Made by a program: the position numbers and the translations under genes | Notes under the pieces: generated by a model | Told to the model about the DNA's origin: nothing | What the model saw: only the letters and a program-made list of their open reading frames with translations | The model's database searches: none | Part shown: positions 10,723-20,204 of the stretch, one piece after another | Numbering within the stretch: the first letter of the stretch is position 1 | Layout: each line of letters opens with the position of its first letter | NCBI GenBank assembly: GCA_018646625.1 | Contig: JABGUJ010000001.1 | Coordinates: forward strand, 69,534 to 133,533 | Length of the DNA stretch: 64,000 nt | Direction of reading: 5' to 3' | Source: Candidatus Woesearchaeota archaeon | GTDB lineage: Archaea > Nanobdellota > Nanobdellia > Woesearchaeales > JABGUJ01

Positions 10723-12630
10723 ATGGGAAGCAAAGGTAATCTAGCTGATAGAGTAAACGTTTTGATAGTGGAACACAGCAGATTAGCAAGAGCCGTTCTA
10801 GAAAAATCTATTCTTACAAATGGAGAATTAGCTAACAGATGTATCGTTGAATCAACCGGTTCATACGAAGCGGCCTCAACCGTTCTTTCTACAACTATGC
10901 CTGATGTCATCATTACAGATATTGCTTTAGGAGATGAAGCCGAAGAAGGTGTAAATCCACTACTAGATGAAATTCTAAGAATGTCAAACGCTACAGGATA
11001 TAACCCTCAAATAATTATTGCAACACCTAACAAAGATGCTACAGCAGTTACACGAGCAACAGACTTAGGATTAGATGTTCGCGGCTACGCATTCAGAACT
11101 AAATTAGATTCCAGAACTGCAGAAGATTTGGCTAAAAAAGTTGAAGGAACAAAAGACAGATCGTCACTTAAAGGATTTATAGAAGGAAGAAAGAATTTTC
11201 CCCCTCGCGAAGGTAGGAAAAAACCTGGTTTTTATGATACTAGTGTCGAAGCATTTGATGCAATCGTTCGCAGAGCAGTTCAAACTGCAAGCGACGATCG
11301 AATGACACGAAACATCTCAATCATCACTTCATCCAAACATCAAACAGAAAAAACTATAGGTCTGGCATATCCAGGAATGTTGGGACAATCAATAATCGAG
11401 AGAATACTAGCCGCTTCAGACCCCTCATTAAAACTTGTCGTATTACCACATTCACCAGAAGGCAGAGCAGAAATTGAATCTATAGTTGAAAGAGATCCAC
11501 GAGTATACATTTGTCAAGCAACAGATGTAAGAAGAGACGAAAGAAATAAACTAGAAAGAAGATTAAAAGACTCAAGAGGACCTCGTGCAAGAAGAGAGAC
11601 CGAAGCAACCCTTCTGAGAATTCAAAAGAGAGGAGAAAGCGCATTAGAAGAATATTTTGATCCTAGAAAGAGAGTTACAAGCGGCAGAATATTTGATGCA
11701 GATAGAATATTCTTACACATAATTGCAGCAGGTTCTGGTTTTAATCCCGCAACACTAGCAGCAGAAAAAGTGCATCTGGCATTATATGAAAAAGAGCTAC
11801 CAATATTTACCGACGTAGTAGAAAGATTTCTTCCTTGGTACAAAAGAGCACAAACCGAAAAATGGAAATCACAAGGAAAGGCCTTACCAGGAGATTTCGG
11901 ATACATGTTATGGCAAACCAACCCTATTGAATTTGCATTGGCTCATGCAATGAAAGCAGGTTTTAATCCATCACTTCTATATGGTCAGACTCTTGTTGAT
12001 ACAATGAGAGCGAAAAGAGTAATAAGAGACCAATACAATACAATGTTAACAAATCTAGAAAACAGAACTGTAAAAGGTAGAAAAAGAAAGACAAAATTAA
12101 ACCCGAAAGAAAAAGAAGCATTAGCAAGAGGACCTATCAATGAATATCAGGTAGTTCTCCCTTGCACCATCGGACCACACGGTGGACAAGATATGATGAT
12201 CCCATTCAAAAATGTATACATAACATTTGATGATAAATCCATTCCGTTCTATGATACACCATTATCAAGCAGAGTAGCGAAAGATGCCATTCATGAAGAT
12301 CTAAGAGTTAATTGGGTAAAAAATGTTCTTCAACAACATGGATATTCAACAAGCCTACCTGCACAAGGAACTCTTGAGACTGTTGCAGCAATATTATCAA
12401 ATTATTCATCCCGTGTTGCGATGATGGGTTACAGAACTGTAGAAGGACATAGCCTATTCACAAATGGATTATTCCAAACTAACGGGGATGCATTGATCAT
12501 GGCACCAGATGATAGCAGTATAGAATTAACACCTTCGGAGTTGAATGCTTATAAGAAATCATTACAAAAACACGAAAGATGGCAAAGAGACCCTCGAAGA
12601 TACATAAACGAAACACGAGGAAGAAGATAG
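10723..12630 (+). CDS. Receiver-like domain fused to a divergent lactate/malate dehydrogenase-fold domain
   Basis: N-terminal VLIVEH...PDVIITDIAL; C-terminal TNPIE, TLVDTMR, IGPHGG, ELTPSE. Confidence 0.55.
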   Translation: MGSKGNLADRVNVLIVEHSRLARAVLEKSILTNGELANRCIVESTGSYEAASTVLSTTMPDVIITDIALGDEAEEGVNPLLDEILRMSNATGYNPQIIIATPNKDATAVTRATDLGLDVRGYAFRTKLDSRTAEDLAKKVEGTKDRSSLKGFIEGRKNFPPREGRKKPGFYDTSVEAFDAIVRRAVQTASDDRMTRNISIITSSKHQTEKTIGLAYPGMLGQSIIERILAASDPSLKLVVLPHSPEGRAEIESIVERDPRVYICQATDVRRDERNKLERRLKDSRGPRARRETEATLLRIQKRGESALEEYFDPRKRVTSGRIFDADRIFLHIIAAGSGFNPATLAAEKVHLALYEKELPIFTDVVERFLPWYKRAQTEKWKSQGKALPGDFGYMLWQTNPIEFALAHAMKAGFNPSLLYGQTLVDTMRAKRVIRDQYNTMLTNLENRTVKGRKRKTKLNPKEKEALARGPINEYQVVLPCTIGPHGGQDMMIPFKNVYITFDDKSIPFYDTPLSSRVAKDAIHEDLRVNWVKNVLQQHGYSTSLPAQGTLETVAAILSNYSSRVAMMGYRTVEGHSLFTNGLFQTNGDALIMAPDDSSIELTPSELNAYKKSLQKHERWQRDPRRYINETRGRR

Positions 12631-12683
12631 CCACTCGAGTGTCGTTATAAAATTAGAAAAGCACAGAAAAAAGACAAAACAAA

Positions 12684-13409
12684 ATGGCCGAAAAAATCCT
12701 AGAAAACATCGGACTGAGCAAGAATGAGTCGAAGATATATCTCTCGTTACTTAAGACAGGCGCAGCTCCAGCTGGGAGAATATCGGAAACATCTGGCGTT
12801 CACAGAACCAACGTTTACGACGCCATGGAGAGATTAATCACTAAAGGTCTTGTTTCTTATGTTCTAAAAGATGACGTAAAAGTATTCTCCGCATCAGATC
12901 CAAAAAGTTTGTTAGGAATATTAAAAGAAAAAGAAGAAATGCTCCAAACCATTTTACCAAATCTGGCTCTGAATCACCAATTAGGACAGATGAAAACAAA
13001 AGTTCAAACTTTTGAAGGTATTAGCCCATTCAAAACATTATTTTACGATTTGCTTCGTTACAAAAAACCAATTTTTGTATACGGTATTCCGTCGTTCGTT
13101 CCAGATAAAGTAAAGAATTTTATTGCTCATTTCCATAAAGAAAGAGAAGAGAAAGGCATTCCTATGAAGCACATCTACAACTTCGGTGCTCAAGACAGAA
13201 TAAAATATCTAAATAGTCTTTCCAATACTGAAGCAAAATATCTACCTAAAGAATATGACAGCCCAGTATCCACATTTATTTGCGGTGACGAAGTACTTCT
13301 AACTATGTGGTCATTAGAACCAATCTTAGTAATCAGAGTATTAAACAAAAACCTAGCAGAGTCCTATAATAAGTACTTTGAGCTCCTTTGGCAGCTATCA
13401 AGCAAGTAA
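12684..13409 (+). CDS. TrmB family transcriptional regulator
   Basis: GLSKNESKIYLSLL...HRTNVYDAMERLITKGLV wHTH plus C-terminal effector domain. Confidence 0.85.
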   Translation: MAEKILENIGLSKNESKIYLSLLKTGAAPAGRISETSGVHRTNVYDAMERLITKGLVSYVLKDDVKVFSASDPKSLLGILKEKEEMLQTILPNLALNHQLGQMKTKVQTFEGISPFKTLFYDLLRYKKPIFVYGIPSFVPDKVKNFIAHFHKEREEKGIPMKHIYNFGAQDRIKYLNSLSNTEAKYLPKEYDSPVSTFICGDEVLLTMWSLEPILVIRVLNKNLAESYNKYFELLWQLSSK

Positions 13410-13428
13410 ATCTAATTCTAAAACTAAA

Positions 13429-13450
13429 TGTTGTTCTATCATAGACAGCT
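13429..13450. promoter_or_regulatory. Palindromic operator copy 1 (TGTTGT-N10-ACAGCT)
   Basis: One of three similar 22-bp palindromes, each directly upstream of a TATA-like element. Confidence 0.55.
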
Positions 13451-13495
13451 ACAAGTTAAATACTCAGAAAACATAATAGTAGTAAGGGGTGGAAA

Positions 13496-13627
13496 ATGAA
13501 AACAATAATTTTGAATAATCCCATAATCTGGAGCTTTAAGCCGCTCTCCAGCACAGAGATAATTGGCGAACGAAGTAAAACAAATAGACTGTTTGCCAGA
13601 CCAGAGAGTATATTTAGTAAAGAATGA
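13496..13627 (+). CDS. Possible 43-aa small protein (MKTIILNNPIIWSF...)
   Basis: GGGGTG RBS, TTAAATA upstream, ATG 13496 to TGA 13627. Confidence 0.4.
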   Translation: MKTIILNNPIIWSFKPLSSTEIIGERSKTNRLFARPESIFSKE

Positions 13628-13783
13628 TAGAAAGTTTCAGAAAAAAGGAGTAAATGCACACCAAGAATTCTCTAGTTTTCACTATAAAACGCAAGTTAAA
13701 ACCGTTAATTGCGAAAAGAAGCCGTAATTGACCTTAGAATATGAAAAAAAAACAATAAGAAGCCCTAAAAAGGAAAATAAGGG

Positions 13784-13817
13784 TGTTGTTTTGATCTAGA
13801 CAACCAAGCTTTATATA
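13784..13817 (+). promoter_or_regulatory. Palindromic operator copy 2 (TGTTGT-N10-ACAACC) plus TATA box TTTATATA
   Basis: Seen directly in the sequence. Confidence 0.55.
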
Positions 13818-13839
13818 TCAACTAAAAACCAACTACATT

Positions 13840-13900
13840 GTTGCAATTGAGCCAAACCGACAGAATTCACGAATTCTGTTGTTTACAACTCGGTTACAAC
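13840..13900 (+). ncRNA. Candidate small hairpin RNA
   Basis: 13840-13851 pairs with 13889-13900; inner ACAGAATT/AATTCTGT stem; starts about 25 nt after a TATA box. Confidence 0.35.
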
Positions 13901-13914
13901 TCTATTTTCCCCAA

Positions 13915-13948
13915 AAAATGCGTTGCTCTACCATAGACAACGCATTTT
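13915..13948. promoter_or_regulatory. Palindromic operator copy 3 (AAAATGCGTTG...CAACGCATTTT)
   Basis: 11-bp perfect inverted repeat with the same core and spacing as copies 1 and 2. Confidence 0.55.
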
Positions 13949-14120
13949 ATATTCATTAAGTCAAGGGCGTGGTTAGCCTCAAAAAAAGCAGAAACTTACA
14001 AAATGAAATCAATAAGAATTCAGAAAGAAGAGGCACTAGTAAATGTTGTTGAGGAAGAAATAAATCTACCTACAGAAATAACACTAGAGCCAAAAATAAA
14101 AAACAGAGATTAAAGAAAAT

Positions 14121-14780
14121 TTAGCTTTTTCTTTCCAATAGGGCAACCCTACGTCCAGAACATAACTTCTCAAATCTTAAAGCATCATTCTTAGTCCCAA
14201 CAATACTATCATAATGCATAGGCACCACAACTTTAGGATCGATTATTTCAACAGCCTCAGCAGCTTCTTCAGCAGTCATAACATATTTTCCAGAAACAGG
14301 CAATAGTGCAACGTCAACTTCACCTAATTTACCCATTTCAGGTATTAAATCCGTATCACCTGCATGATAAATTCTTCTACCTCCAATAGTTATAACATAA
14401 CCAACCCAATTTTTATTTTGCGTATGAAAATCTTTGTTTGTATTGTATGCAGACACGGCTTCAACATTAACACCTTCCACATCAATTGCATCTCCAACAG
14501 CCATCAACTGCAAGTCAACATCTTCATACTTTTCTAAGAAATCATTAAACTTATCCGCACAATCTTCAGGCGCAATAATCGTTGTTCCATTCTTCATAAC
14601 CTTGCGCATATCTTCAATACTAAGATGATCAAAATGTTCGTGAGTTACAAGAATTAAATCCGCACCCGCCAAGCCTTCAGAAATTTCAAAAGGATCAATA
14701 TAAACCACTATATTTTTATCAAGAATCTGAAAAGACGCATGTCCTAACCAACTAATTCCACTTAACAAATCATCAGCCAT
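14121..14780 (-). CDS. MBL-fold metallo-hydrolase
   Basis: WLGHAS, THEHFDH, YHAGDT, PMHY. Confidence 0.9.
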   Translation of the reverse strand: MADDLLSGISWLGHASFQILDKNIVVYIDPFEISEGLAGADLILVTHEHFDHLSIEDMRKVMKNGTTIIAPEDCADKFNDFLEKYEDVDLQLMAVGDAIDVEGVNVEAVSAYNTNKDFHTQNKNWVGYVITIGGRRIYHAGDTDLIPEMGKLGEVDVALLPVSGKYVMTAEEAAEAVEIIDPKVVVPMHYDSIVGTKNDALRFEKLCSGRRVALLERKS

Positions 14781-14784
14781 CTTA

Positions 14785-15360
14785 TCACCTGGTTATATTT
14801 TTTAACTCTCTCCACCAATCATTAGGATCAACTTCTTCAATCATCTTCAACAGCTTTTTACCATTCTCTGTTTTAATAACTTTCCAGATATTATCTATCC
14901 AATTTTGCGCATCCTCATGCCCAATCTTAATCAACTCTCTAGCACTTAACGCATTATCAAGAAGATCTGCATCCCTTGCAACATTAGCTTCTTTGGTTTC
15001 ACGAGCCATCAATTCATCCATAAACGCAGATAATTCAGAACCCATCTCGCCCAACGCACCAAATTGATCAGCATAAACTTTTTTTTCAGCGGCCTTAAAA
15101 TCAATATATTTCTGACCAACTTTGTGAAGATCATTCAATCTCGCCTCACAACTATCATGAAACAAAGACATCACCACAGATTTATAACAATCCGCATCCT
15201 CTAATTTCGCAAGAAAGTAAGCAATCATCGCCGATCGTTGACTGTGCTCCGCAACACTTTCAGGATCTTTAACATTGATAACCCAATAACCACTTCGTTT
15301 AACTCTTTGCAAATTACCAAGCTCGTACAAAAATTTAGTTAATTCTTTCACCTTAGTCAC
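14785..15360 (-). CDS. HD-domain hydrolase (YfbR/HDDC2 5'-nucleotidase-like)
   Basis: RSG, ESVAEHS, FHD, DAD motifs. Confidence 0.85.
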   Translation of the reverse strand: MTKVKELTKFLYELGNLQRVKRSGYWVINVKDPESVAEHSQRSAMIAYFLAKLEDADCYKSVVMSLFHDSCEARLNDLHKVGQKYIDFKAAEKKVYADQFGALGEMGSELSAFMDELMARETKEANVARDADLLDNALSARELIKIGHEDAQNWIDNIWKVIKTENGKKLLKMIEEVDPNDWWRELKNITR

Positions 15361-15954
15361 CTAGATTTTATCCTTTAACTTCAACTCAAGAACCAAATCT
15401 TCTAATTTTTTAAGATCATACTTAATCGAATCAAATTTTCGTCTCAACTCACCATTACGAAAATCAAATTGCATAAGATTTTCATAGATCATAGCAACAA
15501 CATCTCTTATCTCAACTGATTCAGAATATTGTTCATTAATTGCTTTGTTAATAGCACGACGAACCAACTCGCCTGTTAAATCACACAAACCCAACAAATA
15601 ATTTTCCATGTAAACATTAGCATCCTTATACTCGAGTATTCGTTTATTCTTTACAAACTCAAGATAAGCTAATGCTTCAACATATTCTTGTTCCGCAACT
15701 TTTATAGAACCAGAATAGTACAGAGCCGGCCACCCTTTTGTAAATTCAACAACATCCGCCAACGCCTTCTTAATCTCATCTTTTAATTTTTCAGCTTTAT
15801 GAATTTCATCTCTATGTACAGAATTAATAAGTTGTTTAGATAACTTAACAACATCTCTAGACTTCTTAATCACATCATCTCTTTTTCTATCAAACTCATC
15901 CATATCTTTCTGAATTTGAGTAAAAGATTTTTCATCAAAAATTTTCGTAGTCAT
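15361..15954 (-). CDS. Translin/Trax family protein
   Basis: QEYVEA and YLLGLCDLTGELVR motifs. Confidence 0.85.
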   Translation of the reverse strand: MTTKIFDEKSFTQIQKDMDEFDRKRDDVIKKSRDVVKLSKQLINSVHRDEIHKAEKLKDEIKKALADVVEFTKGWPALYYSGSIKVAEQEYVEALAYLEFVKNKRILEYKDANVYMENYLLGLCDLTGELVRRAINKAINEQYSESVEIRDVVAMIYENLMQFDFRNGELRRKFDSIKYDLKKLEDLVLELKLKDKI

Positions 15955-16071
15955 CTTTACCTCCGGGCAAAGCTACCTCAACACAATCACAGTCTGTTTA
16001 TATACGTTTTCATAAGATTAATCAAAGATAAACGAAAGGTTTATATACAGTTTAAAGCACTTTTAAACAAC

Positions 16072-16614
16072 ATGGTGAGCACATTTAGAGGGATCATTGA
16101 CTTCTTTGCGAGGTTAGGAATCTACGATGTCATTCTACCATTTCTACTTGTTTTCACAATTGTATTTGCAGCTCTAGAAAAAACAAAAGTATTCGGCATG
16201 GAAAAAATGCCTGATGGTAATGAGTACACCAAAAAGAATCTAAATTCAATGGTGGCTTTCGTTGTTGCATTTCTTGTAATTGCATCATCCAGAATTGTTG
16301 CAATAATTAATCAATCAATCGCACAAGTAGTTGTAATCTTAATCATAATGTTCTGCATCTTAATGGTATTAGGATTCTTCGCATATAGCGAAAAAGAAGA
16401 AGTTGTACTCTCGGGTACAATGAAAGGATTCTTTGTGATTGTTACAGTAGTTTCAATCGTCACAATATTTTTCAACGCAATAGGGTGGCTAGACCCCGTA
16501 TTGTTTTACGTAATGAACAACTTAACTGGAAACGTTATTGGTTCAATCATACTCATTGCTGTGGTCGTTGGTTTCATGTACTACATAACCAAAAGCCCTG
16601 ATAAATCAGAATAA
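16072..16614 (+). CDS. Multi-pass membrane protein, paralog 1
   Basis: YDVILPFLLVFTIVFAALEKTKVFG; start moved to ATG 16072 after TTTATATA. Confidence 0.75.
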   Translation: MVSTFRGIIDFFARLGIYDVILPFLLVFTIVFAALEKTKVFGMEKMPDGNEYTKKNLNSMVAFVVAFLVIASSRIVAIINQSIAQVVVILIIMFCILMVLGFFAYSEKEEVVLSGTMKGFFVIVTVVSIVTIFFNAIGWLDPVLFYVMNNLTGNVIGSIILIAVVVGFMYYITKSPDKSE

Positions 16615-16712
16615 AAGGATAGCAAGAGAAACATTTAAATAGGGACTTGGTATAGCATTATACACACAGGAAGCTATACCATTAGAATCCTGTACAAAAG
16701 GAGGTTTTCAAT

Positions 16713-17297
16713 ATGGCTCTAAATTTCGTCGATCTGGTTCAGACACTAGAAAGCTACGGAGTTCTTGATGTTTTAATACCATTTTTACTAATATTCACAA
16801 TTGTCTTTGCAGTCTTGCAGAGAACACACATTCTCGGTAAGGCATCAGAAACTAAAAGATATAACGTGATCATTTCATTGGTTATGGCATTCGGTGTGGT
16901 TATTCCGCACGTAATCGGTGCATACCCTGCTGGATCTGATATCGTTGTAATAATCAACACAGCGCTTCCAAACGTTTCATTGGTAATAGTTGCTGCAATC
17001 ATGGTTCTTTTAATGATTGGTGTTTTCGGTGGAGAACTTGCAGGACCCGCAACAGGCGGTATCGCATTAGTTTCATTCTTAATCGTCGCATACATATTTG
17101 CGGTAGCAGCAGGATGGTTCCAAAATGTACCAAGCTGGCTAAAATGGGCGGTGAACCCGGACACTCAAGCATTACTCGTAATCTTAATCGTGTTTGGATT
17201 AATTGTATGGTTCATCACTAAAGACGAAGAAAAGAAAGACGAGGAAGGCATACTTGCGTCTGCTGGCGATATGTTCAGCAAACTGTTCAAGAAGTAA
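16713..17297 (+). CDS. Multi-pass membrane protein, paralog 2
   Basis: LDVLIPFLLIFTIVFAVLQRTHILG; AGGAGG RBS. Confidence 0.75.
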   Translation: MALNFVDLVQTLESYGVLDVLIPFLLIFTIVFAVLQRTHILGKASETKRYNVIISLVMAFGVVIPHVIGAYPAGSDIVVIINTALPNVSLVIVAAIMVLLMIGVFGGELAGPATGGIALVSFLIVAYIFAVAAGWFQNVPSWLKWAVNPDTQALLVILIVFGLIVWFITKDEEKKDEEGILASAGDMFSKLFKK

Positions 17298-17321
17298 GCC
17301 TTTTTTATTTATTTTTTTACA

Positions 17322-17966
17322 ATGGCAACACCGTTAGATATGGGAATACTTCAACACGTGAAGATAGTGTTTCCCCTGCTAATGGTTTTTATTGTTGTTT
17401 TTGCAGGTTTAGAAAAAACTAAAGTTCTAGGTGAAGCTAACAGATCACTTAACGCAGTTCTATCTGTTTGTGTTTCAGCATTATTACTTTTATCTCCAAA
17501 CATGCTTAAGGTGTTAACAGTAGTCACTCCGTGGTTTGTTTTTGCAATCATTGCAATAACATTCTTCATAGTAATCTTCCTGTTCGCAGGTTATACCATG
17601 GATGAACTCACTGCCGACATGACAGGTGAATGGGGCTTTGCTCAATGGTTTCTACTCGTAGTTTTCATCATATTCATAATAGGAGGTTTGTCAACAGTAT
17701 ATGGACAAACTATGCTTCCATGGTCTGGAGATGAAAACGTCGCACCCGGTGGACAATACGGAGAATTTATTGACGAGAACGGAACAAGATCTATTGCTCC
17801 AATGGACAGAGTACGAGCAGACCAAGCTAAAGGAGACTACTCAACAAACACGGGAGACTTCCAATCTAATGTTGGTAAAATTGTATTCCACCCAAAGATC
17901 CTTGGCGCAGTTCTAATTTTAATTATATTCTCATTCGCAATAAGAATGCTAGCTTCTTCAGAATAA
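17322..17966 (+). CDS. Multi-pass membrane protein, paralog 3
   Basis: VFPLLMVFIVVFAGLEKTKVLG. Confidence 0.7.
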   Translation: MATPLDMGILQHVKIVFPLLMVFIVVFAGLEKTKVLGEANRSLNAVLSVCVSALLLLSPNMLKVLTVVTPWFVFAIIAITFFIVIFLFAGYTMDELTADMTGEWGFAQWFLLVVFIIFIIGGLSTVYGQTMLPWSGDENVAPGGQYGEFIDENGTRSIAPMDRVRADQAKGDYSTNTGDFQSNVGKIVFHPKILGAVLILIIFSFAIRMLASSE

Positions 17967-17999
17967 AACAAATAGAACAAGTAAAAAAGAAAATAATAA

Positions 18000-18722
18000 T
18001 TATGGTTTCTTAAGCGTAGCTTTCTGTCGAGCCAATCTAAGCTCTTTAGTGATATCAGAAAGTTCGTTAACGTTCTCAACAAAACCAGGCAACATCTTCG
18101 AAAAAACCTTTTCCATCGCCTTAACATCAGTACCTACTGTTTCGATAGTCTTGTTATACTCGCCAACTTTCTCAAGCAAAGCAGAATGTAATTTGTCAAA
18201 GTCTCCTTTCATAAGAGTAAACTTTTCTTCCAAAGCAATCATTCTTTGCTCAGTTTTTTCTTTCCAATCTACAATTCTTTTAACATTAGCTATAAGATCT
18301 TGCCATTTCTCATCAATAATCGACTCAGCCATCTCTTCCGTTCTAACATCTTGAGAATAAGGATCAGAAAACGCCGCAGTACCACCATACTGAGTACCAT
18401 ACGCATACCCTTGATCAGGATATTGTTGCTGTCCACCAGGCGGAGGAGGCGGAGGAACATTTGCTGGAGGAATTGGATTATCTACCATTTTATCACCTTT
18501 TTCTAGAGGAATCGGTTGAACCCCTCTTTTAACATCAACTTGATTCAAAGCATCATAAATTTCATGAACTTTAAATCCGTCTCTTTGCAAAGCTTGAACA
18601 ATTTGATTGTTCGAATAGCCTTGAGATCTGAAGTGCATTACTTGCGAAGTCGGAAGTCCTTGTGGTTCAACCGCTTTAGTTGCATCATCGGGCCTCTCAA
18701 AAGCATCTTTAACCACTACCAT
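18000..18722 (-). CDS. Hypothetical protein with Pro/Gln-rich linker and C-terminal coiled coil
   Basis: PPPPPPGGQQQ linker, helical C-terminus; start placed at ATG 18722. Confidence 0.65.
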   Translation of the reverse strand: MVVVKDAFERPDDATKAVEPQGLPTSQVMHFRSQGYSNNQIVQALQRDGFKVHEIYDALNQVDVKRGVQPIPLEKGDKMVDNPIPPANVPPPPPPGGQQQYPDQGYAYGTQYGGTAAFSDPYSQDVRTEEMAESIIDEKWQDLIANVKRIVDWKEKTEQRMIALEEKFTLMKGDFDKLHSALLEKVGEYNKTIETVGTDVKAMEKVFSKMLPGFVENVNELSDITKELRLARQKATLKKP

Positions 18723-18872
18723 CTTACTACCAAACTTAACACAATTTTTGAGCCAAGAGCTCAAAACCTATAATTCAAATAGCTACAGTGTTAATAAAGC
18801 TTTCTGATAAAAGAAGATTATCCGATAAGTATAAATATCATATAAACCGAATATAAACACAAAGAGAGGTGA

Positions 18873-20204
18873 ATGCGTTCTATGGTTTTGCCAGATAAGC
18901 AGAACATTGTAATTGGTAGAAGCAAAGAAGATACTGCCAAGTACGGAACTAAAGGCACCGTTCTTCTAGGTAAACACTATATCGAAATGGACGATAAGTA
19001 TGTCATACATGATGACGTATTTCTAGATGTTTCAGGAGCACACGTGGTATTTGTGTGCGGTAAAAGAGGTGGAGGTAAATCCTATACAATGGGAGTTATC
19101 GCTGAAGGATTCTCACTACTCGAACCAGAAATTAAAGACAATCTTGCAATTATCATGCTAGATACTATGGGCATTTATTGGTCTATGAGTCATCCAAATA
19201 AAAAAGAAAAAGATCTTCTCGAACCATACGGAATAGAGCCAAGAGGAATTAAAGTTCGAATATTCACACCCGAAAAATTCTACTACGAATACAAAAAGAA
19301 AGGAATACCCACAGACGACCCATTTACATTAGATCCTTCAACATTAAACGCAGATGATTGGTGCGCAGCATTCCACTTAGAAAAATACTCTCCAGAGGGG
19401 CTATTAATTTCAAAAATAACTACAGAGCTTCATGAAAAAGTAAAAAAATTCACTCTCGATGATTTAACAAAAGCAGTCAAAGAAGATAAAGAAACAGATA
19501 GAGAAACACAATCCGCAGTCGTTTCCATGTTTGAAACAGCAAAGGGGTGGGGAGTATTCTCTGATCACGCCACACCTTTAGAAGAACTTGCAAAAGGCGG
19601 ACAAATTACTGTACTAGATGTTAGTTGCTATGCCACCATGCCTGGAGGCTGGGACGTAAAAGCATTAGTTATTGGAATCGTCGCACAACATCTCTTCGTA
19701 CACAGAATGAAGATAAGAAAAGACGAAGAGTTCGACGACATTAAATATCGAGAACAATACTTTGCCAACGCAAGCGGCGTATCATTAAAGAAAAAAATGC
19801 CATTAGTTTGGTTAGTTATAGATGAAGCTCACGAATTTCTTCCAAAAGATGGAATTGTGGCATCCACTCAACCATTAGTAACAATAATGAGAGAAGGACG
19901 TCAACCAGGTATTTGTTTAATTATGGCAAGTCAACAGCCAGGAAAGATCCATACAGATGTTATGACTCAAAGCGACACAGTCATCGCGCACAGAATCACT
20001 GCAAGAATGGATGTTGAAGCTTTAAGTTTACTTGCACAAAGTTATATGAAAGAAGGATTATCAAGAGCAATGAATTTCTTACCAAGAGTTAAAGGCGCAG
20101 CAGTAGTTTTCGACGACGCTAATGAAAAGTTATATCAGATAAGAGTACGACCAAGATTCACATGGCACGGCGGAAGTTCACCTAGCGCATTAACTGATGA
20201 TTAA
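18873..20204 (+). CDS. HerA/FtsK/VirB4-like P-loop ATPase (DUF87-type)
   Basis: Walker A GKRGGGKS, Walker B LVIDEAH, REGRQPG, ASQQP. Confidence 0.85.
   Translation: MRSMVLPDKQNIVIGRSKEDTAKYGTKGTVLLGKHYIEMDDKYVIHDDVFLDVSGAHVVFVCGKRGGGKSYTMGVIAEGFSLLEPEIKDNLAIIMLDTMGIYWSMSHPNKKEKDLLEPYGIEPRGIKVRIFTPEKFYYEYKKKGIPTDDPFTLDPSTLNADDWCAAFHLEKYSPEGLLISKITTELHEKVKKFTLDDLTKAVKEDKETDRETQSAVVSMFETAKGWGVFSDHATPLEELAKGGQITVLDVSCYATMPGGWDVKALVIGIVAQHLFVHRMKIRKDEEFDDIKYREQYFANASGVSLKKKMPLVWLVIDEAHEFLPKDGIVASTQPLVTIMREGRQPGICLIMASQQPGKIHTDVMTQSDTVIAHRITARMDVEALSLLAQSYMKEGLSRAMNFLPRVKGAAVVFDDANEKLYQIRVRPRFTWHGGSSPSALTDD

Noticed and set aside
18873..20204. DNA-repair HerA
   Set aside because: No HAS barrel and no nurA/mre11/rad50 neighbours
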